Of a stretch of DNA of 64,000 bases, positions 1-12,563 are shown in pieces. The stretch covers positions 14,696,001 to 14,760,000 of the forward strand of contig NC_045696.1 in assembly GCF_009834535.1 (NCBI RefSeq), read 5' to 3'. Origin of the DNA: Camelus ferus. Its lineage: Eukaryota. A model generated the notes under the pieces. That model did no database searches and was not told the origin of the DNA. It saw nothing but the letters and a program-made list of their open reading frames with translations. The position numbers were made by a program, and so were the translations under genes. How positions within the stretch are numbered: the stretch's first letter is position 1; every line of letters starts with the position of its first letter.

Positions 1-178
1 GGCTGTACAAAAACAAAGTACCAGACTTTGGCCCATAGGCTGTAGTTTCCTTTTTTTAAATTTTTATTAAAAAAATTTTAATTGAGGTACAATGAATTAC
101 AATGTGTCAATTTCTGGTGTACAGCACAAAGTCTCAGTCGTGCATATACATTGACATATTTGTTGTAGTCTGTGCCCC
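1..178. mobile_element. MER58-like hAT terminal fragment interrupted by a short minus-strand L1 3' fragment (about 47-163)
   Basis: 'ccagactttggcccataggctgtagttt' resembles the MER58 end. It is followed by poly-T plus L1 3'UTR-like sequence, with TGTAGT repeated at 41-46 and 164-169. Confidence 0.55.
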
Positions 179-553
179 AAGAAATTGTGTACAAGGGGGT
201 GTTCATATGAAATCTGACTGTATTCTCATTCCTCTCACTGAGGCTTTGAGTCCTGCTTTTGAAACCTGAAAGTCAGAGGACTATGTGTACTATGTAATTT
301 TGTTCTCAAACTGATATCTCTGCTTTTTCCTTTAATGGATTGGCCTGAATTTACCTCAGTCTCCACCAAGGAAAGGAGAATTCTCTCTAGAACTGTCTAT
401 TTCTGGCAGTGGTAAACCTTTGAGAAAGAATAGCCATTTTTATTAATATTGGTCACTATATTTATTAATTTCTCTGCATAGAAACTGCTGTGAAAGATTC
501 TTTCTTAGCCATGAATATTAGGAAAACTTCATTTCTATGGAGGGAAAGACAGC

Positions 554-727
554 CCAGGGTTAGCTGGATTCACAAACATGTGATCTGTGCACTCGTACTG
601 GATGCTTAGAAAATTTCTTGGTTTTAATGTTTATCTGCTGCTATTTTTAAATTCTAAATAACTTTTGAATAAAGGGATCTGCATTTTTCTTTTGCACTGG
701 GCCCTGCAAATTGTGTAGTAGATCTGG
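554..727 (+). mobile_element. MER53-like hAT DNA transposon fossil
   Basis: 'ttttgcactgggccctgcaaattgtgtag' and the upstream segment resemble the recalled MER53 consensus. Confidence 0.6.
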
Positions 728-1019
728 ATGGACCTTCATGGACAATTTACCTTCTATACATGGTAATTTTTCCATTTTTGTGTTGGTTACCATGAAACTC
801 AGAGTGAAATCTGCAGCCCAACATTAATAACAATTTAAGAATCTATGACCCACATACATAAAAACAAACTTTCCTTCCAGACACCATTTTCTTTTCTATG
901 TATACTTTCTTTAGCACTTAAAAAAAAATTCATTTTCATTGCATGTATTTTGGAATGCCACTAATAATTATATATTGGAGCAAGGGACACTATAAATATA
1001 AATTTATTTATACATCAAA

Positions 1020-1770
1020 AATGAATTTAATATTGATACACCATGCAAAAAAAATTAAAATGGATTAAAGACTTAACTGTAAGACCTAAAACCACAAAAC
1101 TTCTGAAAGAAAACATAGGCAGTATGGTCTCTGATATCAATCTTAGTAATATTTTTTGGTATGTTTCCTCAGGCAAAAAAAATAATAAATTCAGAAATAA
1201 ACAATGAGATTACATCAAATTAAAAAGCTTTTGTACAGTGGAAAAAAAACTATCAACAAAACAAAAAGACTACTACTGAATGGAAAACTATATTTGCAAA
1301 TGATATATCTGATAAGGGGTTAATATCCAAAATATACAGAAAAACGTCATACAACTCAACATTAAAAAAACCAAACTGATTAAAAAAATGATCAGAGGAT
1401 ATGAATAGAGATTTTTCCAAAGAAGACATACAGGTGACCAACAGGCACATGAAAAAATGCTCAGGGTCACTAATCATCAGAGAAATGCAAATCAAAACCA
1501 CAATGAGATCACATCACATCTGTCAGAATGACTGTCCTCAAAAAGACAACAAGGATGTGGAGAAAAGGAAACCCTTGTACACTGTTGATGGGAATGAAAA
1601 TTGGTGCAGCCACTATAGAAAATGGTGTGGATTCCCCACAAAATTAACAATTGAACTACCACATGATCCAGCAATTCTACTCCTGGGTATTTATTCAAAG
1701 AAACAAACAAAAAAACTAATTAGAAAAGGTCTGTGCACTCCAATGTTCATTCTAGTGCTGTTTGCAAGTG
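1020..1770 (+). mobile_element. L1 fragment, ORF2 C-terminal region (degenerate)
   Basis: ORF 1401-1805 reads [36 protein letters not shown]...[14 protein letters not shown], typical of the L1 ORF2p C-terminus. Frameshifts and stops are present. Confidence 0.95.
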
Positions 1771-1989
1771 TGATTTCATTTCTAAGATACTGTAGGTATA
1801 AATAATAAATTATTAGAAAGGAAGCACTGATTCATGACCCAACCTACATACCTACATAACACAGACAGTAAGTTTCTGTAGAACCCAATTGCAAAGTATT
1901 CTGGGAATCCTCTACATGCTATTTAACATTTGCTCATAAATGGGTTTATTATGACTGGAGGCTTCTGCTTTGCGACCAGTCATTGTAGG

Positions 1990-2236
1990 TTTTTTTTTTT
2001 TTTTTAAATTGAAGTATATTTGATTTACAATTGTCTTCTTTCTCGACTTTATCATCTTCTAGTGTACAACAAAGTCATTCTAGAATATGTATATATATAT
2101 ATATATATATATATTTCTTTTCAGATTCTTTTCTATTATAGTATATTACAAGATATCAAATATAGTTCCCTGTGCTACACAGCAAGACCTTGTTGTTTAT
2201 CTGTTTTATATATAGTAGTGTGTATCTCTTAATCCA
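1990..2236 (-). mobile_element. Short L1 3' end with poly(A) tail, containing a (TA)n microsatellite
   Basis: Poly-T at 1990-2005 followed by 'aattgaagtata..tttacaat' and 'tatagttccctgtgctacacagcaagaccttgttg', an L1 3'UTR in antisense. Confidence 0.85.
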
Positions 2237-2254
2237 AAGATTAACAGGGCACAC

Positions 2255-2440
2255 TAGGTTATGCTGCAACAACAAACATCCTTATAATTCCAGTGGCTTA
2301 ATAAAATGAGATTTATTTCTCATTCATATCACAGTCTGATACAGGACTTTGGATTCTAGCTCCCCTCCATCTCATGATGCTGCCTGCCTTCAAAATGAGA
2401 CCTCAATGATATTCATGGTAGGGGAAGACAGCATGGGTTG
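2255..2440 (-). mobile_element. Old MaLR (MLT1J/K-like) LTR fragment
   Basis: 'gctgcaacaacaaac...ccagtggcttaataaaatgagatttatttctcattca' resembles an MLT1 antisense start. Confidence 0.5.
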
Positions 2441-3149
2441 TCATGCATGGGGTTGAATAATTCTGAACTCACATAAGTCCAGTAGTATGATTCAACCAGT
2501 TCAAACTGGCTTGAAATAGTAAATTTTTGCATCTCTTCTGAGTTTACTGATGTTGTGTTGATAACTCACTATCAGTCATGGTGTATTTATACCAGAAAAA
2601 TCAGCAAATACTATAAACAAGGTCTTATGTTTTTCTTTTTCCAAGAAGCTTAGTAAACATAATGTTTTTGCAAACATTATTTCCACTCTTTTCCTATTGT
2701 CTAGAACACATGACTTCATTTTAGTTGCAAAGGAAGGTGTGAAATGCAATGACTTTATGCATTTATGATGAAGAAATAACATTGGTGAATACCTGGCCAA
2801 TCTTTGCCATAGTGCTTAAATTGTTAGATCATTTGTGTTGAAATGAAGGAGGAATGTATCACTACAGGTATGTTTCACTTCCTTAAAATGTATGGATGTA
2901 TATGAAGTCTACTTATGCTACAATGTCTTATAAAGTTTTTTAATGGAACAGCTCTTTAAATTTCTTCCTATATCCCTGATTCATTGAGAGTTCAATGAGG
3001 AAACATAGACCATTTTAGTTATTTTATGCAGAAAAAAATACAATAAAAGCAATTAAGTGGTTACAAATTAATTGAAAGGGCTACAGAGAAGAAGTCAGCG
3101 ATGGTATCTGATTTCTTTTTCTTTTTCTATGATTTTGTTTGTTTTTGAA

Positions 3150-4378
3150 GTACAACACAAGCATAATACAGAAGAAAACAAACCACAAAAGGAAAAAGAA
3201 AAAGAAAAGAACATACAAGAAATACAAACTCAACTTGTAAACAAAGTTTAAAATAGCAATAAATACATAACAATCAGTAATTACCCTAAATGCCAATGGA
3301 TTAAATGCCCCAATCTAAAGACATAGGGTGGCAGATTAGATAATAAAGCAACTGCCTAAAATATGCTGTGTACCAGAGACTCTCTTTAAGGTGAAGGACA
3401 CACATAGATTGAAAGTGAGGGAATGGAAAAGATATTTCATGCAAATGGAAATGACAAGAAAGCAATACTGATTTCAAACAAAATAGACTTTAAAACAAAG
3501 GCCATAAAGAAAGATAAAGAAGGACACTATAAAATGATGAAAGGATAAATGCAAGAAGAGAATATTACACTCATTAATATATATGCATTCAGTATAGGAG
3601 CACCTAAATACATGAGACAAAAACTAAAAAACAGAAAGGGAGAAATTGATAGGGATACAATAACAGTAGGAAACTTTAACACCCATTGACATCAATGAAC
3701 AGAGCTTCCATATGGAAAATCAATGAGGCAACAGAGATCCTAAATGATACAATAGAACAGTTATAGTTAATTGATATTTTAAGTTCATTACATCAAAAAA
3801 ACAAAAAACAAACAAACAAAAAAACCCCAAAACCCCAGAATATACATTCTTTTCAAATGTGCATAGAACATGCTCTAGGATAGATCACATACTGGGGGAC
3901 AAGACAAGCCTCAAAAAATTTAAGAGGATAGAAATTATTTTAAGTATCCTTTCTGACCACATCGGCATGAAACTAGGACTCAACCACAGAAAGAGAAATG
4001 AGGAAAAAACAACTATATGGAGACTAGAAAATATGTTACTAAAAAACCAATGGATCAATGATGAAATCAAATAAGAAATGAAAAAGTATCTTTAGACAAA
4101 TGACAATGAAAACACAGCCATATACAAATCTATAAGATGAAGCAAAAGAAGTCCTCAGAAGGAAGTTTATAGAATATAGGCCTTCTTCAAAAAATAAGAA
4201 AAATCTCAAATAAACAACCTACTCTATTACCTAAAACAATTAGAAAAACAAACAAAACCAAAAGTCAGCAGAAGGAAAGAAATAGTAAGGAGCAGAGAGG
4301 AAATAGATAAAATAGATATTTAAAAAATGGAAAAATCAATAAAACCAAGAGCTGGTTCTTTGAAAGGGTAAAAAAAAA
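3150..4378 (+). mobile_element. L1 fragment: inter-ORF region and ORF2 endonuclease domain (degenerate)
   Basis: Translates to ITLNANGLNAPI..., and ORF 3859-4074 reads HRTCSRIDHILGDKTSLKKFKRIEII..SDH, matching the APE-like EN motifs. Multiple stops. Confidence 0.95.
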
Positions 4379-4661
4379 TTAACATTTTAAAATTAAATTT
4401 TATAGAAAAGCAATAAACATTAATATAGGTTGATTTTATTAAAAATAAAATCACCCATACTTCTAAGGGGAGTTAACCAATGCAAATATTTTAATTTTTT
4501 ATTGGCTTTCTAGACTCATTTAGAATTTATAGTGTGTGTATTTTTTTAAAATACTTTCTGGGACATTAAATTTTTTCAACATAAATATTTAATAGCCAGA
4601 AAATGTTGCAAAATTGGAATATAATTTAATTTAGATGTTACCTTAAAAATTATTGGCTATT

Positions 4662-4806
4662 AGGAGGGTAGGGTATAGCTCAGTGGTAGAGGGTCTTGTT
4701 AAGCACACATGAGGTACTGGGTTCATTCCCCAGTACCTCTATTAAAAATAAGCAAATGAGTAAAACCCAATTACCTCTCCCCAAAATAAAAAAAAAAAGA
4801 ATAAAT
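4662..4806 (+). mobile_element. tRNA-derived SINE (camelid Vic-1-like) with 15-bp TSD
   Basis: A box 'tatagctcagtggtaga', B box 'gggttcattccc', 'aattacctc' tail motif and A-rich tail. TSD aaattattggctatt (4647-4661) / aaataattggctatt (4807-4821). Confidence 0.9.
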
Positions 4807-7107
4807 AAATAATTGGCTATTTAACTATATTCCTTTTTTGTTTGTTTGTTTACAGGCAACTTAATATCTCTGACAGGTCTTGAGGACTTTTGGCCCCAAT
4901 AAATCTATTTTTCTTTGGTAGTTTCATGTTTTGTTACTTGATCTTAATTTAAAATATTTTATTAAAAATTCTTACTTTTGTGTCAATAAACTCCTTAATA
5001 CCTATAGAAGGATACTCTGTAACATCCACTGATCAATCTTAATAGGCACACTTGTAATTTATACTACCAAAGGTATGGAAATATTGGCTAAACATTTTAC
5101 AATTTCATGCAGTTTTTTGTTTTTTTTTTAACTAAGGAATAACTTAAAACTAGCATTTCAGTGTAAACACAAAACATAATTATTCTTCACACATGATCTT
5201 AACCAAAGGTGGAGAAGTAATGTAACTAGTCTTAAAAGCAATCATTTAAATGGTAAGTCTCTATTCTAAGGTTAACGGAGCTTTCTTCTTTAATAACAGG
5301 AAAAAGACTGTGCAGTGATTGATGACTGTATAATTTTTAACTGCTACAGTAAAATCTTAATAAGTTTTCAGATTTATTTCCAAAAACAACCTGTGTTATG
5401 ATTACATATATACTCAGCAACTTTAATTCATTGTGTATGTTAACTTAAATGCCATCATTTAATAAAAGAAAGTTAACCTACCTAACTAGTCTTTCACACA
5501 TTGTAAATAGTTTATATTGGTTATCCAAAGACATTTTATTTAAGTTACTGTTAGCACGTTAGGATTAACTCAGCTAGTCCACTGTAAAACCCATAACTGC
5601 TGTTACAAAACCTTGACCTGAGTTTAAGGCTATTGGAGGCAAAAGAACACTAGAGAATATATACAAGTGCATTAAACATAACAATCATGCTTTTGTTCCT
5701 GAGCACATCTGTACTTTGTTTGCAGCTTCTACTCAGTATTGTGTGAGACTCAAACATACTTTCCACTTATAAATGGAGCGAGAGACCTGACACGATCATT
5801 ACACGAATTTCAGCCTGCAAGTGGGCTAATTTCATGTTTTCTATTTCCTCTGACCTTTTCCCTTCCATCAGAACTAGAAATGGTGAACAGGATGCTTATT
5901 TTTATTTGTTTTACTACTTGAGCTTTTGACTTTCAATGAAATTCACTTTAGGCACAAATTTTTTTGATCCAAATTAAGAAACAAGAAGTCTTAATGAGAA
6001 AGGAAGGTATAATTATAAAAGAAATAATTATAAAAGAGTTTAATTAAGAGAGTTGAGGTGTCGCAAAATGAAGAAGGGAAGAAAGCAGTAAAACACAAAA
6101 CTAGAGAGCTCTTTAAGAGTGTTTACTATTTCGGTGCTGGTAGGTAAAATGGATATCATAGTATTTGGAAAATCTAATTTATTTGTGGGCGGGACAAAGA
6201 TCAAATTATTATTATTTTTCAATCTCAAAATAAAGGAACCACAAAATATAGAATTTCAAGTTATGCCAATGACATTTTCAATGCAGCAGGTAACAGGATG
6301 TTATGTTGATCCTTATTTGGGAAGTAGATTTAGAGAAGGCTAATAGGATAGTATTACCATACTTTTCCTTTTACTATTAATGATAATGCAATTTTAAATT
6401 AAAAAGTATTACTACTACCTTGTTTGGAAACATAAACATATATCCAAAGAGGTCTTGTTAGAATAATTTTGCCACAGACATTTAATAAGAATTATAAATT
6501 ATATATTATATAAAATTATTAAATAGCATAGTACTATAATGTTTTATAAATAGGTAAGATTTGTTAATACACAGTGTTCACTTAATGCAGTGTGCAGAGT
6601 AGAAAGCAAGTTGCAGAACAGTGCTTGCTAAGTCCAGATATTTGTGCAAACAGTTCTTTTACATGTGTAGACTTTCTTTGCAAACATCCATTAATGCACA
6701 CACAGGCAAACCTACACACATGAAATTAGTTCCAGTGGTTCCCTGCTGTGTTGGCTGGGGCAGGGGGGTAAAAGGGAGTCTTGATTTTCACTTCATATCC
6801 TTTTCTAGTCTTTTAATTTTCTTTTCAGTGCAGTTATTACCTTTTCATAAATTAGATTGAATTTTTAAAATCTTACTGCCAAAATAAAATAAAATAAGTA
6901 AAATAAAATCTTGCTGCCAATATATTTATTGTATTTAATTTGTTATCAAAATCATGGATAAATTTGTAAAAGTGTAGCTTCTGTTATATCATTATAACTA
7001 ATGACACACTATCAATATTTTTATAAAATAAAAAAATAGCTTCTATAAATCAAATGCTTTAATATGAATTAGAAGGGCAATCTGATCAGAACCCATCCAA
7101 AAATTAA

Positions 7108-7140
7108 AGGGGAGGGAAGTGGGTATAGCTCAGTGGTAGG
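7108..7140 (+). mobile_element. Vic-1-like SINE 5' fragment
   Basis: 'ggggaggg..gggtatagctcagtggtag' head only. Confidence 0.6.
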
Positions 7141-7295
7141 GTCATACATTCAGGTGGTATTGTCATTGGCATTCAAACTCAGGACACATGTTTGCAGAGC
7201 TATGCTGGCAACCACTACACCACACTAACTCATACATTTGGAAAAGTGACTTTTTTGTGAATGAATCACTTTTCCAGTTTTTCTCAACCTTGGTA

Positions 7296-7775
7296 CAGGG
7301 ATACCTCAGAGATAATGAAGGTTCTGCTCCAGACCACTGTGATAAAGTGAATATCACAATAAAGTAAGTCACACAATTTCTGGGGTTTCCCAGTGCATAT
7401 AAAATTTAGGTTTACACTATACCATAGTCTACTAAGTGTACAATAGCACTAAGTCTAAAAAATGTACATGCCTCAATTAAAAAAGACTTTATTTCTAAAA
7501 ATTGCTAACCATCATCAACTAGCGATAATCTTTTTGCAATAGTGACATCAAAGATCACTGATCACAGGTCACCATAATAAATATAATAATAAAGAAAAAG
7601 TTTGAAATATTAGGAGAATTAACAAAATGTGACAGAGACACAAAGTGAGCAAATGATGTTGGAAAATGACACCAGTAGACTTAGTTGAGGTACAGTTGCC
7701 ACAAAATTTCTATTTGTAAAAAACACAGTATCTTCAAAGAGCAATAAAAGGAGCACAATAAAAGGGATGTGTTTG
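7296..7775 (-). mobile_element. Tigger1-derived internally deleted DNA transposon (MITE-like)
   Basis: TA then 'cagggatacctcagagataatgaaggttctgctccagaccactgtgataaag' at one end and 'gcaataaaaggagcacaataaaa' at the other, matching both Tigger1 termini. No transposase. Confidence 0.85.
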
Positions 7776-7980
7776 TGTAAAGAAACAAAACATGGGGGAA
7801 ATCACAATTGAAAATCATATTTATACAATAGAAAAAACTCTTAAAGAAATTCAACAAAAAATAAGCACTTAGAAGTGCATTAGAAAGTATATCAAGCAAT
7901 AGAGAAAAAAATTACAATTTGTTCTGAAGGTGGAGAGAATAAAGGAGAGGGAAAACATCTCCAAAATTACATTAAAAATA

Positions 7981-8357
7981 TAGCGTGGTTTGAATTGTGT
8001 CCCCCACAGAAAACCAAGTCTGAAGCCCTAGTACCTCAGATTGCGACCTTATTTGGAGATAAGAACATTGTAGATATAACTAGTTAATTTAAAAATAAGG
8101 TTATTAGGGTGGGCCCTAATCCAATATGATCGGTGTCTTGTAAAAAAGAGGAAATGTGAATATATGCATACCTACAGGAAGAATGTCATGTGAACATGAA
8201 GACCACAGTCTGTAAGAGAGAGACCTGAAACTGATTTTTCCCTCATTGATCTCAACCCTGCCAACACATCAATTTTAGATTTTTAGTTTCCAGAATTTTG
8301 AGAAATCAATTTATGTTGTTTAAGCCTCTCAGTTTATGGTACTAGCAAATAATACAC
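7981..8357 (+). mobile_element. MaLR LTR (MLT1A/B-like)
   Basis: 'ggtttgaattgtgtcccc', 'gggtgggccctaatccaatatga' and 'tgttgtttaagcc' hallmarks. Confidence 0.85.
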
Positions 8358-8556
8358 AAGTCATAAGATTTTCCAAACCATGACATTTAGAAAAATGATA
8401 GCAATATAAAATTAAAGTGAGGTAGATTAGTTTAAATTTCATTCAAATATTTAAGAGTCCTATTAGTGTTTTTTAATTTTTTCGAATTTAAAATTTAATT
8501 ATTTTAATATGATAGTGGTATTCTTTACAATGTGCAAACTCATTGAATTTCAGTAG

Positions 8557-8905
8557 TGTGATTGTTAGTTTTATGTCAATTTGATTGTTTCATGGGGTAC
8601 TCAGGTTAAACATTATTCTGGGATGTATCTATAAGGTGTTTCTGGATGAGATTAACATTTGAACTGATACACTGAGTAAATTTTCTCCAAAATATGGTTA
8701 TGAGTTTAAATGTAACAGAAGACAGAGGAAAGATGGATTCACTCCATTATCTTCCTGCCTGATTGTCTGAGCTGAGTCGTTGTTGCTCTCTTAACCTTAG
8801 TCTTGGATTTACATCATTAGCTCCTCTCCTCCTCTGGTATTCAGTTTTGGATTAGAGTTATGCCACTGGCTTTCCTGGGTCTCCACCTTGCAGAAGGCAG
8901 ATATA
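8557..8905 (+). mobile_element. ERVL LTR (MLT2-like), partial
   Basis: 'tgtgattgttagttttatgtcaa', 'ttaaacattattctggg', 'tctggatgagattaacatt' and 'tcctgggtctccaccttgcaga'. Confidence 0.85.
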
Positions 8906-11311
8906 TGAGATAGATATTTATTGCCAAATAATTTTCCATTTCTTGAATATACTACATTTTGTTGAAACATTTATCAGTTGATGGATATTTGGATTATATC
9001 TACTTTTTCCTACTATGAATAATGCTGCTGTGAACATTCATGTACAAGCTTTTGTGTGGATATGTACTTCTTATTCTCCTTAGAATATGCCTAGTGAAAT
9101 TGCTAGGTGACATGATAAACTCTGTTTAATATTTTGAGGAACTATCAAACTGCCTTCAAAGGATGCTACATTATTTTACAACTCAAAGAGCAATGTTTGA
9201 TGTTCTAGTTACTCCACATATTCACTTGTTATTGTCTGTCATTTTTATTTTAGCCATTCTTGTCAATGTCAAGAAGTATCTGCTTGTGGATTTTATTTAC
9301 AGTTTTCTAATGACTAATGATATTGCACATCTTTTATATGCTTGGTGGCCATTTTTATATATTTTTAGAAAAATATCTATTCAAATCCTTTAACCTATTT
9401 TTGATTGGGTTATTTCCCTTTTTATTGTTGAATTTTAAGCACTATTTATATACTGAATACAATACCCTTATAAGATATATAATATTCAAATATTTTCTCC
9501 CATTTTACAGATTGTCTTCCTAGATGTCATTCTTTGAAAAACAAAACTTTAATTTTTATAAAGCTTAACTTATCTACTGTTTTTCTTTTGTTGTTTTGCT
9601 TTTGTAATTATATCTATACAGCCAATGACTTACATAAGCTACAAAGATTTATATCTTTGTTTTCATTTGAATATTTTATAATTTTCATTCTCACATTTAG
9701 GTCTAGGTTCACTTTGAGTTAACATTGGTTTATGGTGTGAAGTAATTGTCCAACTTCAGTATTGTGCATGTGGATATCCACTTGCCCAAGTACCATTTAC
9801 TGAAATGATTTTATTTCTTTGGAAATTTAACCAAAAACTAACCAAACATAAATATATGAGTTTATTTCTGAATTCTCAATTATATTTTAGTTATTTATAT
9901 ATCTATCATTATGATAATTCTACAATGTCTTGATTAATATAGCTCTGTAGCAAGTTCTGAAATCAGTAATTGAGGGTCTTCCAACTTTGTTCTTTTCTAA
10001 GACTATTTAGGTTATTCTGGGTTTCTTTCATTCCTTATTAATCTTAGTATAATCTTGTCAATTTTTGAAAAAAAAAAGCTTGAATTTTGATAAGGTATGC
10101 ATTAAATCCACAAATTAATTTGGGTGTTCTGCTATTTTAATAATATTAATCTCTGATACAGGAATGTGAGATGTTTTATCTTTTATTTAGGTCATCTTTA
10201 ACTTCTTTCAACAAAGTTTTTATTCTTCAATGCATGTGTCTTTTGTTAATTTATTCTTAAATACTTTTTTTTCTTTTTAATATTATTGTAAATGAAGTTG
10301 TTTCCTTAATTTTATTTTTGGATTTTTTAATTGAAAGTGTGTAGAAATACAATCGATTTTGGGATATTCATCTTGTATCCTAAATTCATTTTTTAGTTCT
10401 AAGAGGCTTTTTTAATGAGTCTTAATTATAATTTTCTATGTCCAAAATCATGTCATCTGCTAATAGAGTTCTATTTCTTCTTCTTCAATCTGAATGACTT
10501 TTATTTATTTTTCTTGCCAAATTGTCTTGTCTAGACCCTCTAGTACAGTATTGCATAGAAGTGGTGAAAATGAATATCCTTGATTTTTCCTGAACCTAAA
10601 GGTAAAGAATTCTGTCTTTCAACATTAAGTGTAATGTTAGATTTGGGCTTTGGTAGATGTCTTTTATCAGATTGGACAAGTCTCTTCTAATTATAGTTTG
10701 TTGAGTGTATATATATATATATATATATATATACATTTTATCATGGAAGAGAATTGGATTTTGTCAAATGCTTTTTCTGTGTCTACTGAGATGCTTGTGT
10801 GGTTTTTGTCCTTTATTCTATTGATATATTATATTGACTTTTTTTAAAAACCATGTTTGTATTCCTGAGATAAATCCTTCTTGGTATGGTGAATAATCAA
10901 TATTTTTTTATATATTGCTCCATTTGTTTTGCTAGTATTTTTTGAGAATTTTTGCATATGTAATCTTAAGGTATTTTGGTGTGTGGTTACTTTCCTTATG
11001 ATATTTTGTCTGGTTTTGGAATTAGAGCATCAGTGTCTGCATAGAGTGAATTGGGAAGTGTTTGCTCTACTTAAAAAAAAAAAAATTGAGATAGTCTGTG
11101 AAAGACTGGTATTGCTTCTTTTTAAACATTTGATAGAACTCACCAATAGAGCTATTTGGAGCTGGGCTTTTCTTTGCTAAATGATTTAATTCCTAATTCA
11201 TTTTCTTCATTTTTTAGTTTATTTAAATTTTCTATTTCTTCTGAGTCAGTTTCATTAATTTGTTTCTTTCTAGGAGTTCATTTCATCTAGGTTATGCAAT
11301 CTGTTGGTATA

Positions 11312-11734
11312 TGTTAGTGACCTTGAATGAGTAGGCCATAGGGCCCAAGGCCAAGTTCACAACAACATGCTTGTAGTATAAGGTAAATAATGATCGTACA
11401 CATGCACCGGCTATATAAGTTTAAGAACAAAGAAAGTAGAAGTACGCACGTGCTAGTGGTGTTATGTAAGTCTCACGAACAAAGAAATGAACACTGCGTG
11501 TGTGCAGGCAGAAAATAGATAAAAGCAGGACAAGTGCACCATGGAGTGGGGGCGCCATTTTGTTAAACTAGAAGAAAGTCCTGAGCCTGTCATCACTGCC
11601 GCCGCCACCCGCAGCACACGCCACCTGCTTGTACTGCAATAAAGTGCTGTTTTCCTCCATGTTGGCTCCTTGAGCATTTTTCCAGTTGGGCAGCTCACCT
11701 CCTTGAATCCCATTTCAGCCCCCCTCGGCTGACA
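11312..11734 (+). mobile_element. Solo ERV LTR (423 bp) with 5-bp TSD
   Basis: Termini TGTTAG...CTGACA; flanks GTATA (11307-11311) / GCATA (11735-11739); TATA-like 'ctatataag' at 11411; AATAAA at 11638; CpG-rich relative to the flanks. Confidence 0.85.
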
Positions 11735-12227
11735 GCATATGGTTGCTCATAGTATGGTACCTATAAATTTAGTAGTGATACTTCCCTTTTTCATTCTTGA
11801 TTTTAGTAATTTGAGTCTCCTGTCATTTTCCTGCTCAATCTAGCTAAAGCTTTCTCACCTCTGTTAATATTTTCAAAAAACTGTTTTATTTCATTGTTTT
11901 TTTCTATGTTTTATTCCCTATTTTTTTATCTTCATTCTAATCTTCATTATTTCCTTCCCTCTGCTTATTTTTGCTAGAGATTGTTCTTTTTTTAGCTTCT
12001 TAACATGGATTGTTATATTTGATCTGAGAACTTTGTTTTCTTTCTTAATGGAGGAATTTACAGCTATAAATATCTTTCTATGCACTATTTTAGGTACATC
12101 CTCAAAGTTTTGGGATGTTGTATTTCCATTTTTATTCATCTCACAGTATTTTCCAATTTTTCTTGTATTTCTTCTTTGAGCCATTGATTACTTAGAAGCG
12201 GGTTTTTAATGTCCACATACTTGGAAT

Positions 12228-12563
12228 TTCTTAGTTCAGTTCAGACTGCTATAACAAAATACCACAGACTGGATAGCTTACAAACAATAGACATTTATTT
12301 CTCACTGTTCTAGAAGCTGGAAGTCCAAGATCAGTGGGCCAGAAAGGTTAAGTAAGGCCCCTGTTTCAACTTTTTGTTGTATTCTCACAAGGTGGAAGGA
12401 CTAGGGATCTCTCTGGCTCTTCTTTTATTAGGTACTGATCTTATTCATGAAGATTTTCCTCTCATGACTTAAGCACCTCCCAAAGGCTCCGCTTACCAGA
12501 ACTTTGGGACTCAGAACTTGAGCACATGAATTTAGGGGGGACATAAACATTCAGACTATAGCA
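12228..12563 (-). mobile_element. MaLR LTR (MLT1A-like) with GGAAT TSD
   Basis: 'gctataacaaaataccacagactgg', 'gctggaagtccaagatca' and 'acataaacattcagactatagca'. GGAAT at 12223-12227 and 12564-12568. Confidence 0.9.

Noticed and set aside
1253..1805. 134-aa ORF and antisense ORFs as host genes
   Set aside because: Decayed L1 ORF2. The same applies to ORFs at 3859, 9163-13984, 31943-33482 and 41786-42192, which lie in L1 or LTR sequence.
4670..4740. tRNA gene
   Set aside because: A and B boxes are present, but the A-rich tail and TSD identify a tRNA-derived SINE.
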